Position numbers and translations under genes: made by a program | Assembly (NCBI RefSeq): GCF_009914755.1 | Contig: NC_060926.1 | From: the human T2T-CHM13v2.0 reference genome, Homo sapiens | Reading direction: 5' to 3' (one strand) | DNA: 64,000 bases | In this document: in pieces, positions 40,966 through 55,200 of the stretch | Layout of the letters: each line of letters starts with the position of its first letter | Position numbering within the stretch: position 1 is the first letter of the stretch | The notes under the pieces: model-generated | Databases searched by the model: none | What the model saw: the letters and a program-made list of their open reading frames with translations, nothing else | Told to the model about the DNA's origin: nothing

Positions 40966-43900
40966 GTGTTCTATAAATATTGTCATCATGCACTGCTTTC
41001 TGTACAAAAATATTTACATTTTTTAAAACAATAATATCTGAGAATATAAACTGTCAAGGTGATTACTCATTATATTAAATGCAACAAATTTTAAAGATTT
41101 TCAATACAAATGTGAATGTGCTTACTTTCATAGTGTAAATTAATTGCAAAGCAAAATGTCTCATACTATTACTTTATGTGTCTATGGATACCATATGAGT
41201 ATATTTTCATATTAGCATCTTAGTAATTTATGCATATTTTTCTTAATTATTCAGAATTATTTCTATCTCTGTCTTCTTGGTCATGTACACAGAGTAAGCC
41301 CTCCAGTTAGAATGAAAATGCAGGAAATTCTTTTATTACATTTTAATATTAGCATAAATTTATATGAAATGAGGACTATTAACTGAAACAGAACATTTTT
41401 ATAACAAACAAAAATCACTTTGTTTTAATAAAATGATATTCTGAGAAATATTCAAGGAATACTACACATAAACATGTGTTTCGTTGGTCCATTCATGACT
41501 CCATACCCACAATTTAGAAACCTAACTGCTTTGGGTAGAAGGGTGTTCTTGTACTACTGTGAGAATTAAACCAAGACCAGGTCTTTAGATCAAAGCAAGT
41601 TTCCCTAGCTCCTCAACCTAACAGCAGTCTAGACCTGCCTTCTCAGTAACAGAAACACCACATTTTCATCCCAGTGAAAATAGGATGAATTTACAGTTTT
41701 TATTATATCCAGTTAATGATTCTCTGATTGTTGTATGCCAGACTGAGATTCTCATTAACTTACATCTGGTTCAGGATGCTCTGGTATTTTAAACACATCC
41801 AAAACAATACAGAGACAGCATTTTACAGCCTAAAAGATTAGCATGTTCCTTGCTGTGGGAAGTTTTACTTCACCTGAATTCCAGAGAGTATAAAAGGATT
41901 CACCTGAAGAATCAGGCCTATCAGATACTAAATTATGTCATCAGAGAGTCAAGATCATGATCAGGCCAGTTGAAAATCCAGGATTACCTCTTCTTGGGTT
42001 TGTGGCCAATCAGAGTGGCCCAAGTATTCAATGGCCTGATTGGTGCAAAGAATGATGGACTAAAATATGTTTATGAGAGAGTCTTTGTGACTAAATGAAT
42101 AAAAAAAACTCAGGAATGCAGAAAGACTGACACCATAATATTAGCTATATCTTTACAAATTGATGGTGTTACATAAATAATTTATCCTCTCAAAAACGCT
42201 GATTTTATCATAAAAAGTGTTCATTTATCACATCATAGTACTTAATGTTTGGACAAAATCATATGAATACATACTATTAGTCATAGACAATTTATTAGTA
42301 AAGATTTAATTATTGTATTTCTTTTAAGTGCTAAAATATCACCCAATAGATTTTATTCACCTCTTCACTTTCCTTTTATTCAAATATATCTATTAATAAA
42401 GATGCTTCTATGTATTCTAAGTATTTATTTTCTTGGCATAACCAAACCTTTTTCAACCTGAAAATATATTTAATATGTAATTGAAATGAAGAAAACAGAA
42501 ACTCATAAGATAATGTGCATCTATCTTGTTAGAAAAAGCTGACAGTTTTTGGAATAAAATGGTGTTTTAGTGAAAGTGAACATTTATATTGGTGTCAACT
42601 GCAGAAGTATTTCAAATAAAATTAATAAAGAAACAAGTATTTGGTGTCGGTTCATTTTAACCCTGTTTGATCTTAACAGGAAATGATAGCTATTAAAATG
42701 ACGTTAGGTCACAGAATACACTGAAAGTAGAGATCAATGGAGAGCAAACAATGCTACATTTTTAGATCAAGGTTCTAACACTAGGGAATGTCCCAAGATG
42801 CATTTCATTTTCAAATAAATTCCTTCTACTTGGAGCCAAAGGTCAGCAAGCTAGCATTAGTTAAAGAGATTTCAGCTGCATCAAAGTTAAATAACAACCA
42901 AAAGTCACCCACAGCAGAGCCTCTCTAATCCATAGATGTGTCCCCAAGGGCGGCAGGCCAAAGTAGAAAACAGAGATTTGTTCAAGGTGCCAACAATAAT
43001 TGCTGTGATCAGCAGGTATCTTGGGCTGAGAGCTCAGGATAAGAAGCTTTTTTTTGTTTGCCTCACAGAAGAAAAAAATCTATTTAAGCACACTTACTTG
43101 TTGAACTAAATACATGTAGTTGGAACTGATTAATCTCTATAACACAACACAGCCAATTATAATAATGTTTAGAAATATGACATTTTATAGTAAACATAGG
43201 AAACTTTATATTCCTTTAAAATATCTGATCAACCTAATGCATAGAATACCTTTTAGGTTTTTTTTTAAGTGAAGTCTTTCTGTGAAAAGCTTTTTCATCC
43301 TGTTGAAAATATCAATATTACAAGCCAGAGTTGTTTCTTTCAGATAAATAAATATTGATTTTCCTCCTCTATTTTTTACCAATGACAGGCAACTGCCTTC
43401 ATTGCTCTGAATATTTTATTGTTTTAGAATTGACAAATTCCATTAGCATTGAATTTTTATTGTTTCATTGTTCCCACTTTTAAAAAAGGCATTTGTGTTA
43501 TTTTATGTGTGTGTGGTAGATAAGACAGAAAAGTGAGACTGAAATTAATGTAGCACTCACTCCCTATACCATAGTTTCCTTGTCGAATATGATTTATCTA
43601 AGTTTGACCTATCACTGACTTTGCAAGAATTTATTAAAAACTGAGCTGTTTCCAATTTCATTCTTTTTAGCAAATTAGACAACAAAGTTATGTACATTAA
43701 TGCAACAATTAATTGTAACCAAGAGCTGCTCAAAATATTTCATGTGAATGAATTTAAACATATGTCACTTAATTCCTAGCAATTGTTCTGTGGTGCTCTG
43801 TGTAGGCAAGTGTTGTGACTGTACTTAATGTTAACCACCATTGGACAAATTAGCAAACACAGCCTGATATGTGCATGCACATTGACTTGATATACTGGGC

Positions 43901-45290
43901 TTTATTTTCTCATTATCTTTGCATTCAAATCTGACTTATTATACCAGAATAAGTATTAAGACAATATTGATCTAATTCACCAAATTTCAATTCATTTGTA
44001 TGTCAGATGGATGATTTTAGAAATTCAACCAACAGCAAAGTGACATAAAGAAATTACCCAAATGCAGAAAAAAAATCAACACATTGTTATAAAAGTACTT
44101 TTTAAATCTTGAGTTCAAAAAATTCTAAAAGAAAGACATAAAAAGAATTGATAAACATATTATACATTTACCTTGTTGTTTGTTGTTAACCTTCTCTAAA
44201 CATTACTTTATGAACATGCCTCAAAATTCCTCCAATAAAAATGTGTTTCCAAAGACTCGTTTGAAATATTTTAATAGTTAATAATGCTTGGACAATTTTT
44301 AAGGCTTCATACTAGATTTCACTCAAGAAGAAAGTAATGCAATACAAACATTTCATTATAATTTGCTTAAAACTTCTTAAGTTATAAAATTTGCTATAAA
44401 CACTCGATTGGGGATTTTTTTTCAACTTGTATTACTTTACCAAATTTTAGACTGTACAAGTAATATAAAAATCAGCCAGATTAAGATTTATGTAATCATT
44501 CTATTCTACAGCTTTAAAAGTGGTCATGGTGTTCAAAATGGGTTTAATTATAATTCTAATTAAAGACACTAACAATCAACATAAATAATTAGACAAGATT
44601 GGATTTAGAGGGTAGAAATTCTTAACAATTCTGTGCAGCAGTTAACCTGTATGTACACTGGGGGAATAGAAGAAAGAAAAAAAGTATTTTACAACTTTTT
44701 TTCTACAATATGTTGTTATTGAATAACTCCATATGGATATATGTGTAAACAGAATCTTTTCAAGGAAATTAAAACTTTAAATAATTGCTGTGCTAATGCA
44801 GAATGAGAACATTTGCCTATGAATATTTCTTTATAATTATTATGCAATTTCAATAAAAATTACCAAATATGTATTCTGGAAAATTTTTAACTTATGATTA
44901 TTTTATGAAACATTATATAACAGTGAAAAGAAAAATATATTTGAAAATATGAACTATGCATAAACATCTTAATCTTTTTCTTATAAATATATTTCTACTG
45001 TGAATTCATCTACAAGGCAAATAATCAATGATGCTTCTAATCACTTATTAATTTTGACAGCAACATTATCTCTTCATTGGTTTCTTCACCAACTTATATT
45101 AATGATCGAATTTTCTAATCTAGAGACTTTCAAACATCCTTAAAGTAAAATATACCCTGTGATTCAGATTCTGAAAGAGTCAATCTATGCAAAACATCCA
45201 AAATATTAAATATTAAATGCCAGTTAAAAGAAAGGGGATATAGCTGTATGTATTTATGTTTCTGTGTGTATGTTTAAGATTAGATTAGAT

Positions 45291-45646
45291 GGCTGGTCAT
45301 GGTGGCTCACACCTGTAATCCTAGCACTTTGGGAGGCTGAGACGGGTGGATTGCCTGAGCTCAGGAGAGACCAGCCTGGGCAACATGGTGAAACCCCGTC
45401 TCTACTAAAATACAAAAAAAAAAAAAATTAGCTGGGTGTGGCGGCATGTGCCTGTGGTCCCAGCTACTACTAAAATACAAAAAAAAAAAAAAAATTAGCT
45501 GGGTGTGACAGGATGTGCCTGTAGTCCCAGCCACTCAGGAGGCTGAGGCAGGAGAATTGCTAGAACCTAGGAGGTGGAGGTTGCATCGCGTCACTGCACT
45601 CCAGCCTGGGTTACAGAGCGAGACCCCATCTCTGAAAAAAAAAAAA
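45291..45646 (+). mobile_element. Alu (old S/J) with a ~65-bp internal tandem duplication
   Basis: Two copies of ctactaaaatac(A)n ttagctgggtgtg...cctgt.gtcccagc at 45402-45466 and 45467-45533. Confidence 0.93.
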
Positions 45647-46781
45647 GATTATATATTATATATATATGAGTATTTATATATATGTATATATTTTGAGTTT
45701 ATATAAACACATATAAATCTTTTTAGGATTTTAGTTATGTAAAACTCTGTAATACACTAGCCACTCCTGTCCTATGATGTCTTTTAATTAGTATTGAATT
45801 TTGTTTTTTTCTCATATATGTAAACATTCAAATTCAACACTTACATATTTCAGGTGGTTTGAAACTAGGTAACTATAATTTTAATCCAATTTTAATATAA
45901 ATACACATTGATACTTTAATATTTATAGATTCAATAAAAATTTAAATCTATATTCCTATGGCAATCGTAAAAATACCTATTAAACTGGTGAATGTACAAC
46001 TTTTGCTTTTATTTTCCTAATCATTAAGGATTCAAATGTTTGGAATGATATTAATATTACTATATTTCAAATATTATCTAGTTACTGTAATGTTTAGATT
46101 TCAGAGCACTTTTAACTAAAAAACATTAAAATGTACGTAAATTAAGTAGGGCGTATTTTATTTTGTTTGCATTTTACTTATGTTTTAATGAATATTTTGA
46201 TGTTTATTTGTTTGTTTATTTACTCTCTAAAGCACATCCTTCCAAAATATCTGCATAAGCAAGAAGTCTGGATTACAATTAGTAAACTATTTTATTAAAG
46301 CTTCTAAACAAAGTGAAACACTGAATGAAAAGCACATTCAGCAGAAAATAGCTTGATAGAAATTTCTAAAATCATAGTTTAGAAAAGAAATATACCTATA
46401 AAAATGTTAATTGTGCTCCCAAAATAAAATTTGTATTTTTATTTTTAGCTCTCGCAACCCAAATTCAAATCAAATCTTAATCCAAGCAAGTAGTTTCTAG
46501 TATTCTAGCATGTTTTTAAAAATCTAATCATTATCTTTCAGCAAGTTATGGAAACAGTAGCCAACTTTTGCTTACCAGGCCTTAAAAATCACATGATCAT
46601 ACTTAACAGCACTTTAATTCCTGGCCTTGTTTGACTTAGATTGTTGCTTTTATTCATATTTGTCTATTTTCTTTGTTTCATATTATTATCAATGGGCATA
46701 CTGAATAAAACAGCAAAGGCAAATGATATAATAGGTAAACAGAATATACATCTCCCCCACCCCCAACACCTCCCTCCACCG

Positions 46782-46981
46782 TCAAGCGATTCTCCTGCCT
46801 CAGACTCCGGAGTGGCTGGAACTACAGGCCAGTGCCACCACACCCCGGTAATTTTTGTATTTTTAGTAGAGATGGGGTTTCACCATGTTGGCCAGGCTGG
46901 TCTCAAACTCTACCGCAAGTGATCCACAGGCTCGGCCTCCCAAAGTGCTGGGATTACAGGCGTGAGCCACCGCACTCGGCC
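46782..46981 (-). mobile_element. AluS (Sz/Sx-like) lacking its 3' end and tail
   Basis: tcaagcgattctcctgcctcag...caagtgatcc...gtgagccaccgcactcggcc; no poly(T) to the left. Confidence 0.9.
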
Positions 46982-47454
46982 GACTGAGTTATATAAACAT
47001 AAATGCAAATAGATTCCCCACCCCTTGGAGGAAATAGCATGAGTGTGGGTAACACAGGGAAAAATACTAATTAAATATAAAATGGGCTGTTAGAAGGAAG
47101 CTTTGAAAACAATTACAAGATTGTATTTAATTTGTAAAAAGTTTTGTTGCTACTAGAGGATTTGGAAGTGAAAGGTCATCCATTCAATATTATATTGTGA
47201 TAGAAGCCCTCATTTTTTTTTCAGTAAACAGTGTATTATGGGAGAAGTACAAGGATTAGAGAAAAGTAATTTTAGTAACGTAGTTCTGGAATTATACCTG
47301 TAGCTATTGGAATTGAGATGAAATGTGGGATCATATAAATACCATCTGCAACTATCAAATCATTTTCTTTCTAATAAGAGATTAGGTAAGGCATAAAACA
47401 CACATTCCCATTCCTAAAGGGAGAAATCAGAAAAAAAAAAATAAAGGGGCATTC

Positions 47455-47895
47455 ATTAATTGTGGATTAGATAAAGAAAATGTGGTACATATATACCTTG
47501 GAATTCTATGCAGCTGTATAAAAGAAGAAAATCATGTCTTTTCCAGAAACATGAATGTGTTTATGAATGCAGCTGGAGGCCATTATCCTAAGTGAATTAA
47601 TGCAGGAACATGAAACCAAATGCCACATGTTCTCACTTACAAGTAGGAGCTAAATATTGGATAGATATGGATACAGAAATGGGAACAATAGACAATGGGG
47701 ACTACAAAATGGGGAAGGGGGAAAGTGAGTAAGGGTTGAAAAATTTTCTGTAGGATTCCATATTCACTATTTGGGTGATGAGTTCGGTTGAAGCCAAAAC
47801 CTCAGCATCACGCAATATATCCATGTAACAAACCTGCACATGTACCCCCGAACCTAAAATTAAAAAATAAATCAATAAAAATGTAAAAAGGAAGA
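47455..47895 (+). mobile_element. L1 3' end (L1PA16/17- or L1PB-like)
   Basis: gataaagaaaatgtggtacatatatacc...aacctcagcatcacgcaatatatccatgtaacaaacctgcacatgtacccc plus A-rich tail. Confidence 0.92.
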
Positions 47896-47982
47896 AAGAA
47901 GATTCAGAATATCCACCATTAAAAAAACTTGAATCTTCTTGACATAAAAATTTTAGTTTCTGCAGTAAATGGTAAATGAGAT

Positions 47983-48030
47983 ACACATGCACACACACAC
48001 ACATGCACACACACACATACATATATATAT
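47983..48030. repeat. (CA)n/(TA)n microsatellite
   Basis: acacatgcacacacacacacatgcacacacacatacatatatatat. Confidence 0.9.
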
Positions 48031-48709
48031 TTGTTCAGAAAATTAACAGGAGAGAAAATCATAATGAGAACGAATTTTCTTTGTTAGAGGCCTCTTGATG
48101 AGAACATTAACCTTAGTATGCTGTTAGGAAAGAATTCTGATGAAATCCTTAATCACTGAGTATATTTCATATGAAACACTGAGCCCTCAAGATGTCATTG
48201 AAAAGGAATAACACTTAAATTGTAATTTAATCACCATCTTTTCAATGTTATTCCATCTCCATAACTTCTACGTTGGGAATCTTTATATAACTCATAAATA
48301 GAGATATACCTTGACCTTGCATTATCAATATACTTCATGAATAGAGATTATAAGGTAATGTTATTTAAAATTATCAGAGCCAACATTCTTAGTTTAATAT
48401 TATTCTGATCATAATTTCAAAAATCTAGTTTTAGCTTGATTTTTAAAATGCCATACACCTGTTTGCAATTAAGTGTCTTTTATAATAATTGTCATTAAAT
48501 TCATTGTGACTCAAAGAGAAAGGATTTTAAAAACAAACATTTTCTACATTGCTTGGATTCATTGTTTCCAGTGATAACTCTAATAGTTTGTCATATAAAG
48601 CATCCTTGCTTCTCTTCAAGTAGTAGTAAAACATAATTGGCAAAATTGCTGTTATATTCAGAGTAAAATCAAGTACACTGTGATTAGTAGACATAATGGT
48701 CTTACTATC

Positions 48710-49135
48710 TGTTACTGGTTGAATTGTGGCCCCTCCACAAAAAAAAAATATGTTGGAGTCTTAACTTATTTGGAAATAGGATCACTGTAGATGTAAACAG
48801 CTAAGGTGAAGTCATATTGGAGCAGGGTGAGCACTCATCCAATATGATGATTGTCCTTAGGACAAGATGGCCATATGAAGGAAAATACCATGGGATGATG
48901 AAGACAGAGATTGGAGTTATGCTGCTGCAAGCCAAGGAATGTTAAAGAATGCTTGAAAAACCACCAGCAACTAGGAATAGCTAGGATAAGAGTCTCCTGT
49001 GAGTTTCAGAGGGAACATGACCCTGTAGCACCTTAATTTCAGACCAGCTTCCAGGCTGTGGGACAATACATTTCTGTTGTTTTAAGCCACTCAATTGTGG
49101 TACTTTGTTATGTCAGTCGTAGGAAGCTACTAATA
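48710..49135 (+). mobile_element. MLT1C-like MaLR solo LTR
   Basis: tgttactggttgaattgtggcccc...gacagagattggagttatgctgctgcaagccaaggaa...ttctgttgttttaagccac...ggtactttgttatg. Confidence 0.88.
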
Positions 49136-49399
49136 GCATTACAGAGAGCACTAGAGTATTGTACCTAAAATCCAACTAGAAATGACTCTTTTTAATTGTA
49201 TAGAAAAGACAGTGTTTAAAGTGCCTTTTCCAATTCTCAGCTTTGAAACTAATAGCTGTAGAAGAGATGGATATAACCTTAGTTACCATGACAATGTTCA
49301 CCAAAAATCAGAAGATAATATTGACAAAAACATGAGATTATATCATACCTTTTAATGGAATATTTTAAATTTTTTTTATTTTAGGATCTATTTCCAGCT

Positions 49400-49850
49400 T
49401 CTTACCATGACTTGTAAGATTGTTCAACTCTTGGACATTTTGGCTGTCTACTTTCTCTTTTTAATATCACCCCACCCCCGATATTCTCTCCTGCTGAATT
49501 TACCGATTCTTTTTCGCCTTCTAGCCTTTAAACATTGTGTTCTCTTTTCCCTCCCTAGTCACTTAGTTTGGACCTATGCGTTTAACAGCTCTCTATTTAA
49601 ATTTCTTTTCCTCAAGAAGGCTTGCTTAACCCCATCTTTCTCCACAATGAAACCAGATTATGTTCTTTTGTTGTATGGCTCTCTTGTAACTCTGTTGTTC
49701 TTTTTAAATATTTCTCATCACACTTTCCATAACATATGCATTCCCAAGAAAAGAGAGGTTTTATTTTTATCTTACTCATAACTGAGAATCTAGTACCTTC
49801 AAAGTTCTGGGTGAATACAAGGACTCAGTAAATAATTGTCAGTTTAATGA
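49400..49850 (+). mobile_element. L2 relic
   Basis: ttttcctcaagaaggctt; ggactcagtaaataattg. Confidence 0.5.
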
Positions 49851-51243
49851 AAACAATGGCCCTAGTAAGAGAGTTTCTTTTAATATCTTTAGGCAAATGT
49901 AAAAATCTTTAAATATCTTTTAATAAAAAAAGAGAGACATATGCATGATAATATCAAGTCTGGTATCATAGCAGTATTAACATTTTTCTCTATTAACACA
50001 TTAGTTCTTATAGAAAATTTAAAAAATTTATAATTACATTAAAATTATGTAAATGATATGAATACTAACTCCATGCCATTATATTTTCATTTAAATTTTA
50101 AAAATTGCCAGCATTAAAAAAGGAGGATAATTTTGTAAGCCCTTCTATACTAACGTATGCATCAACATTATTTAACATAGGCCACGCTATTCCTGGTGTT
50201 AATAAACTTGAAAACCGGCCTTTCGTAGGTATGAAACAAATGTTAATATGACTGTAGACACACTTCTGATTTCGACAGTCTCTATGCATCAACTTCTAGA
50301 ACAAACTGCTAAACATTATAAAATGAACTCAAACAATTAATTAAGTAATTTTTAACATTGTCTATACTTTACAATTTTTTAAAATACATTTCAATTATTC
50401 TTTTAGTTTGAGAATCAATATTTGTTTGGAGGCTACTCAACATTTCATTAAATTTTATATGGGTTATAATATTCATTCATTTACTTTGAAGCATGTTATC
50501 TTACTGATTTTGTAATGCTAAAAGCTGAACCCAGCAAATCAACTAAATCTTGGAGTGCTGTATCATTGTCAAAACTATCCCCTAACTCGTCTTAGGAAAA
50601 CAAAACTACCCCTAAACATCAGATAAAAATACATATTTAAAACAATTATCAAGAACCTTCTCTATTATTTTTTAAAAAGATAATGAAACTGCTGTTATTT
50701 TTTCTTAGGATATAGGTTTATGTAACTTTAGAAGAAATCTAAAAATTGTCTCAAGAATTTTTGAAATTTAAATGATAACTGTTAATACTTAAAAGAACAT
50801 TTACTTATATAATGCCATCTTATTATAGCATTCTCACAATATATTTAAATCAACAGCTTGGTGTTCAAGATATAATTAGGTCTGGCTTTTGTGATGATGT
50901 AATCTTGAATGCCCAACATTCTGTCCTCTATAAATTCTTACTCTGTTTGTTATTCTGGACCTTTTTAACAGGCAAGGAAGCATACTCCTTTCAAAAAACA
51001 GTGATATGCATTTAAAATTGGTTCCGCACATAAATGAAATACAGACATGGAGAATATATGAGAAAAATAAAGAAAGCTTTGATTTCCTTCATTTTTCAGT
51101 ATTTGAAAGACAAAGAGCATAGTAAAACTGTATGGGTGAATATAAAACACACAGTCTTATACCAGAATTCAGAAAACTTTCTTTTCATTCTAATAATTGT
51201 CTAAAGCTATTGTAAATGTCCTTTAAAATTTCATAAACATTAA

Positions 51244-51636
<393 letters not shown>

Positions 51637-53642
51637 TCCAAAGATTTTTTTACTCATTTTCCAATTTTTATTTTTAGTTATTTTATTGAAAGCATCAGGA
51701 ACACATATCTGAGCAGTGAATTTTAGAAGAAAGACTAAAAACCTTTCAGTATTAAATTAAACCATCAGAACAAGCTAATATACAACAACTAACCTGACTT
51801 TCTGACATAGTCTTTTCTTCTTATGAATAGAATAGGCATAATAGGGCTTGTAACTAACACCTAACAATGACGACAACTTTCAACACAATGGTATCAAGTT
51901 CTGGAGGTCCATGGATTACTTTCTTCTTTTCATCTGCAGCTCTTGATAAGGCCATAAAAATATCCCCTATATTTTCTACAAATGTTAACACAAATACAAT
52001 AAGGCAGAGGTGGGTATTCTATTCTTACTGGAAATGAAACCCGTGCTTCCTCTCCAACATGCTATAGTATGCTGGTTTATGATGAGCAGTTTCTTTAAAA
52101 AAGAAAATAAATCATTTTTATGGAAGTTGCCCTCATGCTTATTTCAGATGGCAAATTGCTGAGAAGAATCCCGTGTGCGGTAATACAGTGTGGTTACATG
52201 GCTGAAATTGAAGAAAATCTTCCCTCTGCTGGACGGTGAATCACTATAATATGCATTACCATATGCTTCTCCCTATTGTATTTCAGTATCAGGAGATTCG
52301 TGCACTCAGTTTGGTGGGTTCATAAACTAAACTCTGACATTAAGGGATCAGAGTTCAAATTATTTGTATATTTTATGTATAAAATAAGTAGATTATTGTT
52401 TTGTGCCATTAAGTTGCCTCTTCATTCTCAGTTTCAGGGCATGCTCAGTTCTTTAGATGGAGGAGTTACCAACATTCAAGTATAACTAAAACTTATCGAT
52501 TTGAAATTTTCAGTCACATTTGTGTATTTGGGAATTTATACTAATGATATTGAGAAAAATGAAGCTTGAAAATAAAAGAAGACTTTGTTTTAAAAGGAAT
52601 TCTTGTGGTCATAAAATAGCTCTGGAAAATAGCATTTAAATAAGATACACTTGAATACATGGGTGAGAAGTAAGTAGACTAAATTTTGTGTTAATTTAAA
52701 TTTAGAGATAAACGCTTAGGAAATGTTTGAGAATCTGTGTAACACAAGTTACTCAAGAATACCTTCCAACATTTGCTGATCATAAAATGTGGATACTGAT
52801 ACTATGATAAGATTGTATATGCGTAAATATCCTTGAAAGTAACAAAAATATTACTTCGGTATGATGTCTTTAACACTCTTTCCAGGAGAAATTCGTTGTT
52901 ATATATTTCTTAATATAAAAAGAGTACTTATGCTAGGGAGGATGAAATGAAGACAAGGAAAAAACATAGGTAATTTTCTTAAAAATAATATCCGTTCTAT
53001 AATAGTTATGATGTTGAATAGAGGAGACTGATAGTATTCAAAGCTAATGTCATGAATCCTAAAAATCTATGAAAATCAATTTTCTAGATTCTGTCTACTA
53101 TAAAAGATGTTTTCCACATTTCAGCAGTTATAATCTATGGTACTTTATTGGTGAAGAAAATGGATTATAAGGGATATAAATAAAAAGAAACCATTCGTTT
53201 TCACAGAGTGGGCTACAGTAAGTTTATTTTTATTTTTTATACATGAACAAATATACTTAAAATTAACCTGTAAATACTTAGCAGGTTACTTTAAGAAAAG
53301 GCTAAAGAATACTTACGCAATTTCCAATTAATTTGAAAATGAAAGACAAAGCATAAATAAAAATAGCAATTCAGGGTGATACATTATTAGGGTCAAGGAA
53401 ATAATTGTGATAAGGGCAAAACTTTTTTAAAAAATGGCAAATCACTCTTGGCTAAACAGTTGAAGATACAGAGAAATGATCAAAAATTCATACATACTTG
53501 ACCCTGAAGACTAGAAAGCATTTGGATAAAAGGAAATATAAGATAAGTAAGAATTACTTGAGCCTAGTTTACATTGAAATAGCTCAATAAGATAATTTTT
53601 AAGAGTTCAGATCAAATAATGAAGATGTAATCACTTAGCATT

Positions 53643-53918
53643 TGTGACAGGCTAAATAATTGCCCCAAAAGATGTCCAAAGGGCCATGAGCCAAAAATGC
53701 AGGTGGCCTCTAGAAACTAAAAAAAAAAAAAGAGAGAGAGAGAGAGAAAGTGGATTATTTCTTCAGAGCCACCAGAAGGAGCTAGTTCTAGTAACAACTT
53801 GATGTTAGTTGAGGCCAGTTTTAGAAAGCTGACTTCCAGAATTCGGAGATAAATTTGTGTTGTTTTAAGCTACTCAGTTTGTGGTAATTTGTTGTAGCAG
53901 AAATAAGAAACTAATAGA
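53643..53918 (+). mobile_element. MLT1D-like solo LTR with internal deletion and an A/(GA)n tract
   Basis: tgtgacaggctaaataattgcccc.aaagatgtcca joined directly to gggccatgagccaa..aatgcaggtggcctctagaa; ends gaaactaataga; TSD gcatt/gcatc. Confidence 0.87.
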
Positions 53919-54519
53919 GCATCATTCACTCTCACCCAGCCTGGATTCCTAGATGTTCTGGGCCATAAGCGTGAAATGAAAGCTTTGAGAAAAAAAAGGA
54001 ATTACGGAAAGTGGCAAATGCTGACAGAAAGGACTGATAACGGAGAAGATAAAAAATACAATTAATCTCTTACCCGAAAATTAACTAAAATCAATTAATT
54101 AATTAATAGATGATTTTGCATTGGAGTCTTTCATTTTGTAATATTTTAGTTCTGGCCACTTTTTACTCTGTAACATCTCTCATCTCTTTATACTCACACA
54201 CACGTGTGCTTGCACACTTTTTATCTGTATTGTTATCTTCTTTAAACTATGTACTTCTTCATTATATTAATTATCCTGAATCATATTTTGCATATTTGTT
54301 GTGTTTGTTTTGTACGTAGAGATACTGAATTAAAGAAGGATTCAAATTTTATTCCATAGGTCATAAAGTTGAGGTTTAGCTGCTTAGTAAATAAGTGGAT
54401 AGGCCAAATAACCAGATTAGAATGAATTTGGCTAGAATGTTATATATCTCCACTGATCTAAAAAGAAGCCAGGGATTTATGTAGAAAAAACTGCTACAAC
54501 CTGTCTTAGACATGTGGCT

Positions 54520-55020
54520 ATATCATTTAGGAAATCTTCTGTTAGAGGTGTCAAAAAAAATCCAAACTGCCTTAAACAATATCAACAAATTATTGGTGTA
54601 CATATCTGAACAGTATGGAAGAGTGTGGGTGGCATGCAAGGATTCATTTGGTCACTGTCTTTCTCTCTATGCATTACGTAGGATGTATGCTTCATTTTAA
54701 GGCTACCTCTATTTTTTATTGGAAGTTAGGGTTAAATGTTAGGCCAGTATCTTTCTAGGGCTATATGCTTTTTCTGTTTTTATTTAAACAGCTGTAAGAG
54801 ATAAATTCTTTCTTCATGGATTTTCAGAGGCAGGCAGAGACAGAGATATTTCCTTCCAAGAAGCTTTCAGTCATTGTCTCCTCACATAGGATTAGACCCT
54901 CAATTAACACCATGACTAGTAAGTATGTGTGACCTGCTGTTTAACTTGAGTAAAACTGGGGTCATACTGGAGCTAGAATTGGGGTAAACTTTCCTCTTAA
55001 GCAAATGGGCTGCATTTGGA
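54520..55020 (-). mobile_element. Ancient MaLR/ERVL LTR relic (MLT1J-N/LTR33-like)
   Basis: aaaatccaaactgccttaaacaat...ttattggtgtacatatctgaa; ctggagctagaattgggg. Confidence 0.4.
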
Positions 55021-55024
55021 CATC

Positions 55025-55200
55025 CAATGGTGTGATGGAGGCAGCTCCTACCAGCTTGCAGGAGCTAAGCAGTCAGGAAATTTGCCAAACAGTTGAAATC
55101 AGCCACGGTGTGAACACTTACAACATGAAAATCAGCAAATATTATAAATCAGATTATCCTCCGTATCCCCTCAGGAGACTTAGTTTACCAGGACATTGTT
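55025..55200. mobile_element. MER63-like (hAT-Blackjack) MITE
   Basis: tggtgtgatggaggcagctcctaccagcttgc...aaatcagccacggtg...ttacaacatgaaaatcagcaaat...ggagacttagtttaccagga. Confidence 0.7.

Noticed and set aside
50098-50292. 64-aa minus-strand ORF in the CpG-retaining patch
   Set aside because: No recognisable homology and a length expected by chance; kept only as part of the CpG observation.
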